From: Cyanophyceae cyanobacterium
GTDB lineage: Bacteria; Cyanobacteriota; Cyanobacteriia; Cyanobacteriales; Laspinemataceae
Length of the DNA: 63,017 nucleotides
NCBI GenBank assembly: GCA_038321985.1
Contig: JBBQFN010000029.1
Location: 1 to 63,017 of the forward strand
Reading direction: 5' to 3'
Position numbers and translations under genes: made by a program
Notes under the pieces: model-generated
Seen by the model: only the letters and a program-made list of their open reading frames with translations
Told to the model about the DNA's origin: nothing
Databases searched by the model: none
Shown here: positions 10,505 through 20,459 of the stretch, piece by piece
Layout: each line of letters begins with the position of its first letter
Numbering within the stretch: the stretch's first letter is position 1

Positions 10505-11260
10505 ATGTTTCAGACACCGATTTTCAGAATGCTCAGGGTGACTCATCTGGTGTCGTTTTTAGTCCTGTGCACTGCTCAATTTCCGACTAGGGCGATCGCC
10601 ACAGAATCTCGGGAATCGGTTCACACTCAAAATATTGAAAGGCGAAATTTCCCGTTTCTCTATTCCCAAGTAGAGGAACTCAATGCCTGCAATCCAGAGG
10701 CGATCGCCCCAGAACCTTCCTTAATGGCAGTAATGCCCCGGGACCAAGACCAAATTTCAACGGTTAAAGGACTTCCCGCTTTCTTCTTTTACCTACCTAA
10801 AACTTCGGCCGAAACTGCTGAATTTATCTTATCCGATGAAAGCGATCGCCTCATTTATAGGCTGCGATTTACTGTTACAGGAAATCCAGGTCTGATTCGC
10901 CTGCCACTTCCACTTTTTATCAACCTACAACCCCTAGAAATTCAAAAAGTTTATCGATGGTCGTTGGCAGTTATTTGTAATCGGGTCTCTCCCGCACAGA
11001 ATTTAATCAGTACCGGGACAATTCAGCGCCTCCAACCTTCGGCAGCGTTAGCCCGTCAGTTGCAAACTGCCTCCTTTGACGATCACCCCCAAATTTATGC
11101 AGAAGCGGGATTGTGGATGGATGCCCTCAGCAGTTTAGCGGATTTAAAGCAACAGCCCAACGGCGATCGCACCGTGAACCAAAAATGGGAAATGCTACTG
11201 GAATCAATGGAATTGGAAGCCCTGGAACTGGGCACATTTTTGCGATGGGAAACCGAATAA
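10505..11260 (+). CDS. DUF928 family protein
   Basis: PAFFFYLP, YRWSLAVICN and YAEAGLWMDAL motifs typical of cyanobacterial DUF928. Confidence 0.85.
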   Translation: MFQTPIFRMLRVTHLVSFLVLCTAQFPTRAIATESRESVHTQNIERRNFPFLYSQVEELNACNPEAIAPEPSLMAVMPRDQDQISTVKGLPAFFFYLPKTSAETAEFILSDESDRLIYRLRFTVTGNPGLIRLPLPLFINLQPLEIQKVYRWSLAVICNRVSPAQNLISTGTIQRLQPSAALARQLQTASFDDHPQIYAEAGLWMDALSSLADLKQQPNGDRTVNQKWEMLLESMELEALELGTFLRWETE

Positions 11261-11351
11261 AAAGAAGTGGGTAGAGAGGATAAATTTATCATCTCTACCG
11301 TATTTCCCACTTTTTACTAATGAATTACGCTCGTTTCTATCAGCCCTAATG

Positions 11352-12449
11352 CTACCGAGGAGATCGCCTTGGGGGGAAAAAATCAGGCAGATCCAATCCG
11401 GGCCAACTTTGGGGCTGTACTTCCGGTTGAGGTGCCGGTGTTGGGGGTTTGGCAACTCGGGCTTGAGGTGGAGGCGTGGGGACAAAGCGCGTTTGTGGGA
11501 GGGAAACCTGCGGTTCGTTGGAAAACCCAGTAGCGATTAAGGTCATTCTCATTTCTCCGTGCAAGCGATCGTCAATCACGGCCCCAAAAATAATATTTGC
11601 ATCTGGATCTACCACTTCATAAACTTCGGCGGCTGCCACATTCACTTCATGTAAGGTTAAATCCATGCCGCAAGTAATGTTAAATACGACCCCTTTAGCA
11701 CCTTTAATTGAACAATCTAAAAAAGGAGAAGACATCGCAGCGATCGCGGCTTGTCTAGCGCGAGATTGTCCTTCCCCAATCCCTATCCCTAATAAAGCAG
11801 TTCCTGCACCACTCATCACCGATCTCACGTCGGCAAAATCCACATTCACCACCCCCGGAATCACAATCAAATCAGAAATGCCTTGCACTCCTTGACGCAG
11901 GATATCATCCGCCACCCCAAAGGCATCCTGTACCGGCATATTGTCAGAAATCACCGAAAGCAACTTCTCATTTGGCACGGAGATTGAGGTATCTAGGCGA
12001 CTCTGTAACGCGGCGATCGCTTCATCGGCTAAATGGCTGCGCCGTTTCCCCTCGAAGGCAAACGGACGAGTTAATACCCCGATGGTGAGTGCTCCCTGTT
12101 GTTTGGCGATTTCCGCTACGATGGGAGTGGCCCCGGTGCCGGTCCCTCCTCCCATCCCTGCGGTAATAAAGACTAAATCACTCCCTTCCATTGCTGCGGC
12201 AATTTGACTGCGTGCGTCTTCAGCAGCTTTTTGTCCGATGAGTGGATTTCCCCCAGTTCCTAATCCCTGGGTGAGTTTCTGCCCGATTTGAATGCGGCGA
12301 TCGGCACGGCACTGGGCTAACGCTTTAGCATCAGTGTTGATCCCTACAAATTGTACACCAGACAGATCGCTGGCAATCATCCGGTTGATGGCATTGCAAC
12401 CGCCACCCCCGACGCCAATCACAGTAATTTTAATGAGACTATCGAGCAC
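11352..12449 (-). CDS. ftsZ: Cell division protein FtsZ, probable paralog lacking the cyanobacterial N-terminal extension
   Basis: VIGVGGGGCNAINRM, tubulin signature GMGGGTGTG, T7 loop VNVDFADV, Pro-rich linker, C-terminal LDLPDFF. AGGAG RBS before the GTG start. Confidence 0.93.
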   Translation of the reverse strand: MLDSLIKITVIGVGGGGCNAINRMIASDLSGVQFVGINTDAKALAQCRADRRIQIGQKLTQGLGTGGNPLIGQKAAEDARSQIAAAMEGSDLVFITAGMGGGTGTGATPIVAEIAKQQGALTIGVLTRPFAFEGKRRSHLADEAIAALQSRLDTSISVPNEKLLSVISDNMPVQDAFGVADDILRQGVQGISDLIVIPGVVNVDFADVRSVMSGAGTALLGIGIGEGQSRARQAAIAAMSSPFLDCSIKGAKGVVFNITCGMDLTLHEVNVAAAEVYEVVDPDANIIFGAVIDDRLHGEMRMTLIATGFSNEPQVSLPQTRFVPTPPPQARVAKPPTPAPQPEVQPQSWPGLDLPDFFPPRRSPR

Positions 12450-12512
12450 GATCTCGTTACTCCTGACTTATTCTGATTCCAGAGGGGGCTGCAAACGCAT
12501 CTCCATCTTTTT

Positions 12513-15032
12513 TTACCCCACGATAATAACCCACATCCCCAAGGCTAATCCGAGGGTGGCTAAATGTTGGGGAAGCAGCGATCGCACGGACCCTCGCCCA
12601 ATCTTTTGGGTTAACACCATGGAGAGGACCACGGCAGCAATTAGAGTGGTTCCTTGTAAAAAGGCAATCACCGCTGGATGTGCGATCCACACCGGCAATC
12701 CTTCCCCACTTAACCCAAAGGTGGCAAAGGTGACGGGTAAAATTCGTCCCGCTTCTCCCAATCCCAAGCGCAAATAATGAGCTAAACTTCCCCCTAAAAC
12801 TAAAGGTAAATATCCATAGGCTAACTGTACAAAGGGTTTTGATTTCGGGGTACGATTAAGTCCGGCGATCGTTCCACCAGCGAGCAATACAAGGGCAGCC
12901 GGAAGGCCCAATGTGGCTAGGGATAATCCCAAATGCGGCCAAAACTGGGTTAAATCAATGCCTAATCCCAGGAGGGCATTAATCTCGGGCAAGCGATGCA
13001 AAAATATTCCCCCTAAAAGTAACAGTAACAAGGCTACTTCATAGCTACGGGGGAGGTGAGTAGTCCACAGATCAATTCCCGGGGGGCGTAGGTTCACTTC
13101 GACAGAACGATGGGGGCAGGCTTTTAAGCAGGTCATGCATAAAACGCAATCTCGGTTATCCACTAACTGTGCCGGATGGGAATAGAGAGGACAGCCATTA
13201 GTTTCCATCCCTTCCCCTTTTTGCGGGCCACCTTTATAACATTGATAGGTGGTACATTCAGCAGAACAGGTTCCTTGTTGTGCTCTTAATTCAGTCATGG
13301 AAAGTTTGGCAAAGAGTCCGTTCATCCCGCCAATCGGACAGAGGTAGCGGCACCAAAACCTCCGTTCAAATATCGCTGAACAAATCATCGCCCCGGCAGT
13401 AATTAACAGGAGTAACCAGGCAGAAAGATAAGCAGTATTTTCTAATTTCCAAAGTTCTTCCCAAAGGAAGATTAAGGCAAATAAACCAAATAGAAACCAG
13501 CCCCCCCATTTTTCGGCTTGTTGCCTAGGCCAGGGTTTGAGGTTGCGTTTTAATAAACTTTCGGAGATTTTTTGGGTAATTTCTCCATAAATCATAAAGG
13601 GACAAACTGCACACCATAACCGGCCTACAAAGGGAAATGTGAATAAGACTAACGGCCACCACCAGGCCCAAAAGAAGTTTAAGGCAAAGTTGCGATCGCG
13701 GGTTTGAGGACCGAGAAATAAAACGGCAATAACCAGGGCAAAGGCAGCGACAGTAAATCCATAATTAATGCGATCGGGCCACCAAGGGCTACGAAGAAAT
13801 TGGCGCAATTGGGGGTAAGAATTGAGGAGATTAAGGCGAAACCGCTTTTTCTTTCCTTGGGCGGCCCAGAAAATTTCTTCCGTTAATTCTTGGGCGCAGT
13901 CGGACTGAACAATCGCCCGTTCTACTAGGTTTTGTAACTCCCGAATATTGCCGGGAAAATCATAAGATTGTAGACGGCGTAACGCTTCTGGGGTGAGGTG
14001 AGGTTTACTGAGACCTTTGGCGCGACAATACAAGCTAATATAATACTCGACTTGCGCCCCAACATCGGCTTTTCGGACTCGCAGGGGAGGGACTTTCAGG
14101 ATTTGGTCCAGATGAGGGGAGATTGCAGGTAACTGTTTTTCTGCGATCGCCAAAATTTTGGCTTGAGTGGGTTTGGGAGTCGCGGGAGAGAACCCTTCTC
14201 GGGGGACGGGTGTATAAGTGTGAGTTTTTAACAGGGTGGCGATCGCCCCCACCAGTTCCGAAGGCAGTTCCTCAATTTTGTTTAAAATTAACGTTCCTTC
14301 TCCCAACCATTCGATCAGTCCTGGTTTACCTCCCGCCCGTCCAAATAATTCTGCACCCCCTTTTTGAAGAACGCTACAGTCGATTTTAACAATCGGTTGG
14401 CGACGCAGGGGGGAACCGTAGTGAATCAGGGCCGCAATGTTATCTTTTTCTAACCCCGGTTCGCCGAAAATATAGACCGACCGCCCGTCTGACCCTGCCT
14501 CTCTAATTTGCTGTCGCAGACGTTGTGCATAGCGACTTTTGCCCACGATTCCCCGTTTAGCTTTGGTCACAAAATAGGGTCTTAAAGCATCTTGCCGTTG
14601 TTGTTCATAAGTCAAAGCACTAGACACTTCGGCAAGTTGTTGGGCGAGGAATCGGGAAAAGGTTTGGGTGATTTCCGGGTATTGTCGGACTAACTCCTGA
14701 ACTCGTGCCCCGGCAACAAACCAGACTTTAGATTCAGTGACCGTAGAAACTGCCTGTTGGGGGGGTTGGTCTAATAGTAATTCCCGTAAGTTGATCGTGC
14801 AACCGGGTCCAAATTCGTCCGGGGAACGGGCTGCATTTTGCGGCAATTTTTGTAACTGCCCTTCAATCAGGATGTAAAGTCCTTTCGCTGCGACTCCCGG
14901 TTCGGCGATCGCCTCATTTGCCGGTAAAATTCGTTCCTCGATTTCTTGGGCGATCGCCCTTAATACGGGTTCCGATAAACTACTCAAAGCAGTTCGTTCC
15001 CGCAGCCATGTCCCCGGATTGATTTCCGTCAT
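12513..15032 (-). CDS. cNMP-binding / degenerate sigma54-type AAA+ / membrane 4Fe-4S (NapH/CcoG-like) fusion protein
   Basis: N-terminal cNMP-like domain; GEPGLEKD, VPPLRVR and FPGNIRELQN; TM helices with WCAVCP, FWCRYLCP and CVLCMTCLKACP. Confidence 0.88.
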   Translation of the reverse strand: MTEINPGTWLRERTALSSLSEPVLRAIAQEIEERILPANEAIAEPGVAAKGLYILIEGQLQKLPQNAARSPDEFGPGCTINLRELLLDQPPQQAVSTVTESKVWFVAGARVQELVRQYPEITQTFSRFLAQQLAEVSSALTYEQQRQDALRPYFVTKAKRGIVGKSRYAQRLRQQIREAGSDGRSVYIFGEPGLEKDNIAALIHYGSPLRRQPIVKIDCSVLQKGGAELFGRAGGKPGLIEWLGEGTLILNKIEELPSELVGAIATLLKTHTYTPVPREGFSPATPKPTQAKILAIAEKQLPAISPHLDQILKVPPLRVRKADVGAQVEYYISLYCRAKGLSKPHLTPEALRRLQSYDFPGNIRELQNLVERAIVQSDCAQELTEEIFWAAQGKKKRFRLNLLNSYPQLRQFLRSPWWPDRINYGFTVAAFALVIAVLFLGPQTRDRNFALNFFWAWWWPLVLFTFPFVGRLWCAVCPFMIYGEITQKISESLLKRNLKPWPRQQAEKWGGWFLFGLFALIFLWEELWKLENTAYLSAWLLLLITAGAMICSAIFERRFWCRYLCPIGGMNGLFAKLSMTELRAQQGTCSAECTTYQCYKGGPQKGEGMETNGCPLYSHPAQLVDNRDCVLCMTCLKACPHRSVEVNLRPPGIDLWTTHLPRSYEVALLLLLLGGIFLHRLPEINALLGLGIDLTQFWPHLGLSLATLGLPAALVLLAGGTIAGLNRTPKSKPFVQLAYGYLPLVLGGSLAHYLRLGLGEAGRILPVTFATFGLSGEGLPVWIAHPAVIAFLQGTTLIAAVVLSMVLTQKIGRGSVRSLLPQHLATLGLALGMWVIIVG

Positions 15033-15108
15033 AAATATCTCCTTCTCCTAGGCAGTCGCCATCAATTTTAGCAATTTCTCAATCTCCCCTTATTCTTTTA
15101 TCTACTCC

Positions 15109-15137
15109 TTGACAAATACCTGACTTTTTGATAAAAT
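15109..15137 (+). promoter_or_regulatory. Consensus sigma70-type promoter with no downstream plus-strand gene
   Basis: TTGACA (15109-14), 17-bp spacer, TAAAAT (15132-37) with an extended TG. Palindrome CTCAATTAATTGAG at 15142-15155. Confidence 0.55.
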
Positions 15138-15248
15138 ATCCCTCAATTAATTGAGAATTTTCGGGACACAGCCGGATAAAACCCGAACGAGACAGCTTCC
15201 CTAAATCCCGCAAGCCAGGGGAAATTTTAGATGGATGTCACCTGTCTA

Positions 15249-15887
15249 TCACTGTAAGCGGTCAACCGCTGCCATTAATTCCTGGGGTTTATCAATTATT
15301 AAATCAGGATTGTGTTTAGCCAAAACAGCTTTAGAATTAAAACCCCAACTCACCGCTATTACTTTAATTTTAACTTTTTTAGCCGCTTCTATATCGCGGG
15401 TTTCATCTCCAACGTAGATTACCTGTTCGGGTTGAACCCCTTCTTTTTTTAAAAAGTTTTTAATAGCTTTACTTTTTCCAAACAAAGTAGCACCTGCATC
15501 GATAAAATTAAAAAGTGTAGTCATTTCATTTCTTTCCAGAAATCCTTTCACGTTTTCTTGAGAATTAGAGGTTAATATTCCTAATTTAATATCTTTATTT
15601 TTTAAAAGGTACAAAGCCTCGAAAATTCCTGGAATTGGCTTTAAAATTGGAATTTCATGATTTAATTCTAACTTAACCCTTTGCAGCAAAAAGGGGATTT
15701 TAAAAACGGGAATTCCTGAAGTTTTAATAACCTGCATAGAATTCATATTTTTAAGAGTTGCAATATCTTCTTCCGTGGTTTGTTTGTATCCAAACTCCCC
15801 GGCTAAACGATTGGTTATTTTTATAAGAGAATCTAGGGTATCAGCAATAGTCCCATCAAAATCAAACAAAATTATGGGTACAGACAT
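15249..15887 (-). CDS. HAD-IA family hydrolase (phosphoglycolate phosphatase-like)
   Basis: FDFDGTIAD, ILTSN and YVGDETRDI motifs. Confidence 0.92.
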   Translation of the reverse strand: MSVPIILFDFDGTIADTLDSLIKITNRLAGEFGYKQTTEEDIATLKNMNSMQVIKTSGIPVFKIPFLLQRVKLELNHEIPILKPIPGIFEALYLLKNKDIKLGILTSNSQENVKGFLERNEMTTLFNFIDAGATLFGKSKAIKNFLKKEGVQPEQVIYVGDETRDIEAAKKVKIKVIAVSWGFNSKAVLAKHNPDLIIDKPQELMAAVDRLQ

Positions 15888-16410
15888 CAGCTTCCTTTAT
15901 AATCTAGATCACAGCAATGAACAAGAGCAAGACCCTCCTCTCCCGCAAGGGTGAAAAGAGGTAAAAGATAAAAATTTTGAATCTTGACTTTTTATCCGAT
16001 CGCACCCTCTCTCCTTCAATCTAAAAGATTCAACCCCTGTCTCTCCCATTCCCAAACCGGGAGACCCCCATAAAATAAAATAATGAGCCGGGGTAGCATG
16101 GCAAGTGTACCGAAGAACTCCCGGTTTTATCCCTTTTAATTTTACGTTAATTAAGGTACCCCCCTTGCAACAAAGAATAACTTGTCCAGAAATCACCCCC
16201 CAGACAGATGCAAGGGTTTAATATTTCAGGAGTTAAACCTTGTTGTCTAGGGTAGAGGCCACTAAGTTTTGGTTCCCGGATGCCCTGCACAATCCAGGTT
16301 AGTCTTGGGTAAAAAGCCCAGGAATTTATGGTTTCCTGACAACCCTTGCCATTTTAAAAATTTTGTACATAATAGGGAAAAGCGTTGTCATTTTTGTGAA
16401 AACATTGCTT

Positions 16411-16773
16411 ATGAAACTCCAGCACGTTTTAGCCGGAATTCTCTCTACCGCTGCTATTGCCAGTGGCATTTTAATCACCTCCGAAGCACAGGCATCAGGC
16501 TGTCCCTTTGCTAAAGGATTCAGACAATCGCCTCAAGATATATCCAATCATACCGGACCCGCTAAAGCAGCCTTTCTCGGTGGCGCAGCTTTAGCAGCCG
16601 GTGCTACTATTTTGGCAATCCGTCGTCTATCGGGCGATCGCACTCCTGGACATCCCGAATTTTCCTCAATGGATGAGTTGATTCCCGCATCGGAAGTTTT
16701 CTCGACTGAAGTCACTGAACCCCAAGCATCTGCAACAGTTGTGGAAGAGAAAGTGGCAACCTTAGTCCGTTAA
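16411..16773 (+). CDS. Hypothetical exported/membrane protein
   Basis: ATG at 16411, signal peptide ending AQA followed by SGCPF, one further TM segment and an acidic tail. Confidence 0.65.
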   Translation: MKLQHVLAGILSTAAIASGILITSEAQASGCPFAKGFRQSPQDISNHTGPAKAAFLGGAALAAGATILAIRRLSGDRTPGHPEFSSMDELIPASEVFSTEVTEPQASATVVEEKVATLVR

Positions 16774-17107
16774 TTCGAGGAATAAGGGGTTTTTCAGAAA
16801 ACTCGGACCCCAGTTATGGCGACTGCCTGGTAACAGAGGCGATCGCCATGACTCTACTTCCTATCGGTATAAAGTTCCGCCTAGGGAGCAATCTTGGAAG
16901 CGAGTAAACTTGCGGAAAAAATAGCTAACTCTGTCGCAGTTATCCGCCAATTTTTTACAAAAAAAACTATTAGATAAAATAGAGATTATCTAATCTGCCT
17001 CGTTATCTTACCAACCCCTAATGGAGTAGCAATCGCTACAAAACCCTCCTCTTTAACCTCTAAGCCGCCGTATATAATAAAAATACTAATTCCTAACCGT
17101 TAATTTT

Positions 17108-18556
17108 ATGCAGACTTCGGTCAGTCGGTTGAGTGCTATAGGTTTCTGTTTGCTATTAGTGCTGTCTACAGGCGGCTGCCTTAAGAAAGTTGACCCCAGC
17201 CCACCGGGAATTGATGCGGGAATTCCCGAGGGCACCCCTCCCGCCTCAGCACAAGCGGCATCCCCTCAAGAAATTGTGCAATCCAGCGAAGTGCGATCGC
17301 TTCCCGGGGGACTGGATCAAGTCCCCATGTTTAATAGTAACAGCCCCGAATGGGTAAAAGTTGAAGGCATTTTACTCTCCACCTTCCCCCCAGAAGGCAA
17401 ACAAGTCCCAGCCGCTCATCTCAACTTTGCCTTTAACGATAAATTTGAGCTATTTGCTCACCATTTTACCCATACTCCCCCCAATTTACAAACCCTCTAT
17501 ATCGGCATTCTAGTCAACAATCCCGGCGCGGAACCTGTGACGATTACCGTCCCCGAAGGTGCAAGTTATTTATTAGAACCCGACGCCCCATTTAAAGAAA
17601 AACCAACAATGAGTGAAAATCCCAATGGGGAGATTTATTCAGGACCGGGAATTCGCGCCGTCGATAACGTATTGCGGGGAATTAGACAAGCCGATTTACC
17701 CGAAACTTTAGTCATTCCCCCCGGAGAAAATCGGATGTTAATGAATCATCCGATTCCGGTTAAAGGCTTAGAAAAGCCGATTAATGGTCGGTCTAGCTTT
17801 CTGAGATTACAAAGTAATGGTCCGGTGTATTTAGCCTCATTAGCCCTTTATGCTAAGACGGATTCTAATGGAACCGAACGCGCCCCCAATTTGGAAGAAT
17901 GGCAACAACTTTTAACCAGTGGCAATTTAGCGTTACCCCGGGATAAAACTCCGAGTCCACCAGAACAAACCAGTGGTCAATTAATTTATAGCCGGGTGGC
18001 AGGAGTTCAGGAAGGGTCGAAATGGCAAGCCAATTTAGTGGATGAAGGAAGTGAGTATTTAACCCTTCCTGAACCGGAAAAAGCCATTTCTTATGCGATT
18101 AGTACCCTACGCGCCGGGACATTAGGAACAGGTCAAATTCAAGCGGCTAAATTGTTAGTTCGGTATCCCGATACCGCCTATGAATCCCATGCTAACTATG
18201 GAGTGCATTATGATTTAACGTTACCCCTGCGTAACGAAAGCGATCGCCCTCAACAGGTGGCAGTTACCTTGGAAACTCCCATGAAAGAGGAACGGTTATC
18301 GAAAGGAGGATTAATCTTTCGTCAACCCCCTTGGGATTATCCCTTTTTCCGCTCAACAGTGCGCTTACGATACACCGATGATAACGGAGAAACCATCACC
18401 CGTTACCTGCATTTATGGCATCGCCGAGGACAGATTCTCGACCCCTTAGTAACCTTAAATTTAGCCCCGAATGAAGTGCGATCGGTTCAAGTTGATTTTC
18501 TGTATCCTCCCGATTCGGTGCCGCCCCAAGTATTGACGGTTAGGACATTAGAATAA
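17108..18556 (+). CDS. DUF3370 family lipoprotein
   Basis: VRSLPGGLDQVPMFNSNSPE, GILLSTFP, YSRVAGV, HANYGVHY and YPPDSVPPQVLTV motifs; lipobox-like Cys. Confidence 0.85.
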   Translation: MQTSVSRLSAIGFCLLLVLSTGGCLKKVDPSPPGIDAGIPEGTPPASAQAASPQEIVQSSEVRSLPGGLDQVPMFNSNSPEWVKVEGILLSTFPPEGKQVPAAHLNFAFNDKFELFAHHFTHTPPNLQTLYIGILVNNPGAEPVTITVPEGASYLLEPDAPFKEKPTMSENPNGEIYSGPGIRAVDNVLRGIRQADLPETLVIPPGENRMLMNHPIPVKGLEKPINGRSSFLRLQSNGPVYLASLALYAKTDSNGTERAPNLEEWQQLLTSGNLALPRDKTPSPPEQTSGQLIYSRVAGVQEGSKWQANLVDEGSEYLTLPEPEKAISYAISTLRAGTLGTGQIQAAKLLVRYPDTAYESHANYGVHYDLTLPLRNESDRPQQVAVTLETPMKEERLSKGGLIFRQPPWDYPFFRSTVRLRYTDDNGETITRYLHLWHRRGQILDPLVTLNLAPNEVRSVQVDFLYPPDSVPPQVLTVRTLE

Positions 18557-18614
18557 TCTCAGGAACCCTATCAATTTTTTAAAAAACGATAGCAAGTCGT
18601 GACACCGAACGCTA

Positions 18615-18646
18615 AAAAAATAGCCCGCCTAGGCGGGCTATTTTTT
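18615..18646. terminator. Bidirectional intrinsic terminator
   Basis: Perfect 32-bp palindrome AAAAAATAGCCCGCCT|AGGCGGGCTATTTTTT between convergent genes. Confidence 0.8.
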
Positions 18647-18683
18647 CTGAGTTTGTAGCCTTTAGGCTAATTTGAATTTTAGT

Positions 18684-20459
18684 TTACAAAGAAACCACGA
18701 CTCCGGCGCTTTCATTTGCCATGCGATCGACACCACAAATGGCGTAACTTCCAGGTTGCAAGCCACTGATGGAATTGGTGGCAGAATTCAAAATCTGGAC
18801 CAGTTGCCATTGATTGCCGTTGCGACGATAAACTGTCCAGTAACGAATATCAGTGCTGCCCGAATTCCAGGCGATCGCATTATTCGCCACCCGCACTCCT
18901 GTGGGCGGTGTTGGAGGTACTGCATCTAACCAAGGCATCGTAGGCGGCAGTGCCTGGGACGGATACACTGCTGCTTTAAAACGTTCGTTGATTCCTAACC
19001 AATTTTCTTTAAACACTTTCATGCTAAAGAAAATATTCCCCAGGGAAAGTTGATCCGCTTCTTGGCGAGAAATTTCTACCTGTCTTTCAAATTCAGAAAT
19101 CGGCCAACCACTGCCATCAAGTTTGCTGAGATAGTTCCCGGCATAAATATGACGACGCAGGGGATTATTTTGACTCCACCAGTTTAATAACACGGGATAG
19201 CTTTGTTGCGGGGGGTCAATACGCCAATACAATTGGGGCGCTAGATAATCCAGCCACCCTTCATCCAGCCATTTTTTAACATCGGCATAGAGTCCATCGT
19301 ATTGGTCAAACCCGACAATTCCCTCGGCTTTTCCGGGACGATAAATTCCAAAGGGGCTAATCCCAAATTTAACGTAGGGTTTTTCGGTTTTGATACCGTT
19401 CCAAATCCGTTCAATGGTATCGTTGACATTTTTTCTGCGCCAATCCTCTAGGGGAAGAGTCCCGCCCGTGCTTTGATAAGCAGCATAGGTGGCGTTATCG
19501 GGGAAACGAACTCCTTCTTGAGGATAGGGGTAGAAATAGTCGTCAATATGAATGCCATCCACATCATAGCGCCGGACCACATCCATAATCACTTCATAAG
19601 ACCGGTCTTGCACTTCTTTGGCCCCGGGGTCCATCCACAATAAGTCCCCATATTGATAGGCGTATTGAGGATACATGGAGGCCATGTGATTGGCACTCAG
19701 GCCATATTTTTCTCCCGGCATTTTGGCACGGTAGGGGTTAAACCAAGCATGAAGCTCGATATTGCGCTTGTGGCTTTCGGCGATCGCAAACTCTAAGGGG
19801 TCATAAAAGGGTTGGGGCGCTTGACCCTGAGTTCCCGTCAGCCATCCACTCCAAGGCTCAAGTTGTGAAGCGTAAAAAGCATCCCCATTGGGTCGAATTT
19901 GCAGGACCAGGGCATTCAAATTCAAGGATTGCATCTGGTCCAGGATTTGGACCATTTCTGCCTTTTGTCGGTCTACAGTCAGATTACTGGCGGAGGGCCA
20001 GTCAATGTTGGCAACCGATGCCACCCAGACCCCTCGAAATTCGTGCTGATGGCTGACGCTGACCAGTTTCTGGACGCGATCATCGCCCTGGAGAGGAAAC
20101 TGGAGTTGAGTCATATTAGGCGATCGCCGCTCAATGCCTGGATTGTCTGTGGGTGGTGCGGGTATTGAAGCGGGGGGCGCAACCGCAGGCGGCATCACGG
20201 GGCGCGGATACTGCGCGGTCCCCGGTGGAACGTTGAGCAATAACAACAGTAAACCACCCCAGACCGCAAGCTGGATTTTGAGCGGATTTCCCGTGAAAAA
20301 ATTACGAACGATTCGCCGATACAGGGACCACAAGCCTTTTGGAAAGTTGCTGGTGCCACTAACTCGGCGTATCGGTTGTCTTTGCTGGAAAATTCGGAAC
20401 ACTATGCGCATCAATTTCATCTTTTCTATCCCGCTGGATACCCCACGTTGCATCAACAA
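18684..20459 (-). CDS. Glycosyl hydrolase-like 10 (GHL10, YddW/DigH-like) protein; start uncertain
   Basis: EFRGVWVASVANIDWPS, ELHAWFNPYRA, YDVDGIHIDDYFYPY and DYLAPQLYW; FnIII-like C-terminus. Confidence 0.92.
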   Translation of the reverse strand: MLMQRGVSSGIEKMKLMRIVFRIFQQRQPIRRVSGTSNFPKGLWSLYRRIVRNFFTGNPLKIQLAVWGGLLLLLLNVPPGTAQYPRPVMPPAVAPPASIPAPPTDNPGIERRSPNMTQLQFPLQGDDRVQKLVSVSHQHEFRGVWVASVANIDWPSASNLTVDRQKAEMVQILDQMQSLNLNALVLQIRPNGDAFYASQLEPWSGWLTGTQGQAPQPFYDPLEFAIAESHKRNIELHAWFNPYRAKMPGEKYGLSANHMASMYPQYAYQYGDLLWMDPGAKEVQDRSYEVIMDVVRRYDVDGIHIDDYFYPYPQEGVRFPDNATYAAYQSTGGTLPLEDWRRKNVNDTIERIWNGIKTEKPYVKFGISPFGIYRPGKAEGIVGFDQYDGLYADVKKWLDEGWLDYLAPQLYWRIDPPQQSYPVLLNWWSQNNPLRRHIYAGNYLSKLDGSGWPISEFERQVEISRQEADQLSLGNIFFSMKVFKENWLGINERFKAAVYPSQALPPTMPWLDAVPPTPPTGVRVANNAIAWNSGSTDIRYWTVYRRNGNQWQLVQILNSATNSISGLQPGSYAICGVDRMANESAGVVVSL

